64,000 bases of DNA. Source: Curvularia clavata. Its lineage: Eukaryota. Location: NCBI GenBank assembly GCA_023920165.1, contig CP089277.1, forward strand, positions 2,232,001 through 2,296,000, given 5' to 3'. Below the pieces are notes generated by a model that saw nothing but the letters and a program-made list of their open reading frames with translations, had not been told where the DNA came from and did no database searches. Both the position numbers and the translations under genes were made by a program. Below are positions 61,124 through 64,000 of this stretch, in pieces. Positions within the stretch are counted from its first letter, which is position 1, and each line of letters opens with the position of its first letter.

Positions 61124-63765
61124 ATGTCGTCCAAAGGCTTCGGTAAGAGGCTGGGCTTCAGGAGATCAAACACTGAAAAAGATCCCGTCACTGTTAGCGA
61201 GCACTCAGACGAGTCCCATGGAGAGACATCTAGCAACAGCGCTGGCGATGTCAGCGAAGCCGAGGCGAACCGCCGCCTCAATGCTTTCCGTCGCGACCAC
61301 CAATGGGACCCTAACTTGCCAGACGAGGCGATTGAGATGGTCGACGCCGTCACTGCAGCCCATGACCAAAAAGGCGAGTCACAGCTCGTTGGGGATATTA
61401 TCGAGAACTCGCCATATCCTGAAGTAAGTTACAAGAGTGTCTACTATCTTCACATGGAACTGATCAAAACAACAGGTCCGTGCCGTCGTTCGGAACTACG
61501 ATGAAGACGTTCCTGCCAGCACCATTCGCTCATGGGTCATTGGTCTCCGTACGTTACAAGAGTGATATCATCCTTGGAAACATGAACAGAGTCCCTAACC
61601 ACCCGACAGTTATGACGACTATCTGCTCCTCAGTCAACGCTCTCTTCTTGCTACGTTATCCGCTTATCAACATTGGCCCCTACGTCGTACTGTTGATCGC
61701 CTACCCCGTCGGTATCTTGTTCGCCAAGGTCCTCCCCAACAAGGAGATCAGCATCTTCGGACTCAAGGGAAATCTCAATCCGGGACCCTTTAATGTCAAG
61801 GAACACGCCATCATCGTCGCAATGGCCAATGCCGCTTTTGGTGGCGGTGCCGGTTACTTTGTCGACACGGTCGTCTCGCTCCGCAAGTTCTACAAATTCG
61901 ACACCAGCCAGTTCGGGTGGGGCTTCAACACGCTTTTTGCTCTGTCCACTCAATGTCTTGGGTTTGGTCTGGCAGGTTCCGTTCGCAAGTTCCTTGTGGA
62001 ACCTGCGTCAATGATCTGGCCTGGTGCACTCGTCAACGTGGGTTTCTTGTATGCTCTCCATGACCATCGCACAACTGACCCTACAACCACCAATGGGTGG
62101 TCTATCTCACGATACCGTATGTTCATGTATGTTATGGCCGGTATGTTTATCTGGTCTTGGCTGCCAGACTTTATCATTCCTGCATTCAGCTACTTCGCCT
62201 GGGTCACTTGGATCAAGCCCAACAATGTCATCGTCAACCAGCTTTTTGGGCAGAGCACTGGTCTCGCACTCGGCTTCCCGTTTACTGGATTCACTCTCGA
62301 CTGGTCACAGATCAATTCCTTCTTCAACAGCCCTCTCCTTAGTCCGTGGTACGCACACGTGAACACTTTGATCGGTGTTGTTTTCTTTGTTTGGATCGTT
62401 GTCCCAGCATTGAGCTTTACCAATACCTGGTACAGCGACTACGTGTCAATCTCGCAAAACAGCATTCTGGACAACATGGGAAACATCTATAACACCTCTA
62501 AAATTCTCACCCCAGAGCACATTGTCGATCCTGCCAAGTACGAGGCTTACTCGCCTCTATTCTTGTCCACTACTAATGCGCTCAACTATGGATTGAACTT
62601 TGCCAGTATCGCTGCACTAATCAGTCACACCTACCTCTTCCATGGTTCTGAGATCTGGCGTCGCTGGAGGTCCTCAGCCGGTGAGATGGACGATGTCCAC
62701 ATGAAGATTATGCGAAAGTACAAGATGGTACCTACTTGGTGGTACCTTGCGCTCCTCGCTGTCATGGTAGTCTTTGCCTTTGTATCGGCACTCGCTTACC
62801 CTACTCATATGGAATGGTATTCTGTCATTCTGTCTTTCGTCATTGCGGCTACATGGACTATTCCCATCGGTATCGTCCAGGCCTTCACCAACATCCAAAT
62901 GGGTCTCAATGTATTCACTGAGTTCATCATCGGTTACGTACAGCCAGGCCACCCTATCGCCATGATGATGTTCAAGACATTCGGCTACATCACTATGACT
63001 CAGGCGCTATACTTCTGCCAGGATCTTAAGATGGGTCACTACATGCACGTTCCCCAGCGTTCGCTGTTCGCCGCACAGTTTGTCGCCACCATCTGGTCTT
63101 GCCTTTGCCAGCTTGCAACCGTTGAATGGGCTCTGGGCGCTATCAAGAACGTCTGCACCCCGAAGGCAGCTGGAGCATTTACATGTGCCGCCATCAGGAC
63201 TTTCTACAACGCTAGTGTCATCTGGGGTGCCGTCGGTCCCAAGCACTTGTTCTCTGGAGACTCGATCTACAAGAACCTTCAATGGATGTGGCTCGTGGGC
63301 TTTGGTGCTCCTTTCTTGGTCTATGGAGCTGCCCGTATGTTCCCCAAGGTCAGCTTCGTTCGCAAAATCAGTATGCCACTCATCTTCGGCTCTCTGGCTT
63401 ACGTCCCTCCGTACACCCCTTTGAACGTGGTAAGTTATCAGAATGCTCTTTCTGGCTGAGAAAATAAACGACTAATTTAATTACAGCTTTCATGGGTTCT
63501 GTTCGGCTACATCTTCAACAAGTTCATCCGTGACAGGTACCGTGGTTGGTGGATGCAGTACAACTATGTCACCTCTGCTGGTCTGGATGTCGGTCTTGCC
63601 ATCTGTGCCATTATCATCTTCTTCTGCGTCCAACTGCCTGGTGCCAGCATGCCTGACTACTGGGGCACCACCATTGTCTCTCAGACGCTTGATGGCGCCG
63701 GATCGGCTGTCCGCAAGGTGGTTGGTGAAGGCGAGTTTTTCGGCCCCAAGGAATGGAAGTGGTAG
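61124..63765 (+). CDS. OPT-family oligopeptide transporter (Isp4-like)
   Basis: ENSPYPEVRA, NPGPFNVKEH, QDLKMGHYM, ASVIWG and YNYVTSAGLD. Introns 61424-61475, 61549-61609 and 63430-63486. Confidence 0.95.
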
Positions 63766-64000
63766 GGGTTAGATGATGAGATGTCTTGCGCGATGATATC
63801 TATGTATAATGAATTTGAGTCTCTGTCAGTTATTTAATGTGACGATCATTAAGACATGTGACTGATGGAAGTTCATTGTCTGGAAAATTTGATGAAAATT
63901 TCTAAGCTCTTTCAGATCCACGATTTTTGTTCTGGGCAGTATAATAAGCGCTAACAATTGGCTTCCAGACTTGTTCGCAAACGAGCACTACTAAGCACTA

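Overview
Gene-rich euchromatin from a filamentous ascomycete (Pezizomycotina). Support: short GT-AG introns with CTRAC branch points, fungal housekeeping proteins and a dispersed 5S rRNA gene. About 22 protein-coding genes could be reconstructed by hand. Named genes and families: a partial RapZ-C-terminal-like protein, Mae1/TDT malate transporter, GPI-anchored GH79, ERG2, a GNAT, IDI1, homocitrate synthase, NUF2, thioredoxin, an alpha/beta hydrolase, an APH-like kinase, PTR2, a DHA1 MFS transporter, Ras, a MoCF/CinA-like protein, GMF/Aim7, COA2-like, PP4 catalytic subunit and an OPT transporter. Four further genes are hypothetical. No intact transposon, CRISPR array, tRNA or secondary-metabolite backbone gene was seen, and I cannot support a clearly new multi-gene system. 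The best leads are: (1) a stop-free, in-frame 60-nt GC-AG intron directly after the GMF start codon; (2) two genes with in-frame upstream ATGs encoding mitochondrial presequences; (3) a divergent but fully base-paired 5S rRNA; (4) a 4.6-kb ORF-less gap between convergent genes carrying a canonical intron and promoter motifs; (5) paired Gcn4/CpcA sites at homocitrate synthase. All family calls come from recalled motifs, not database searches.
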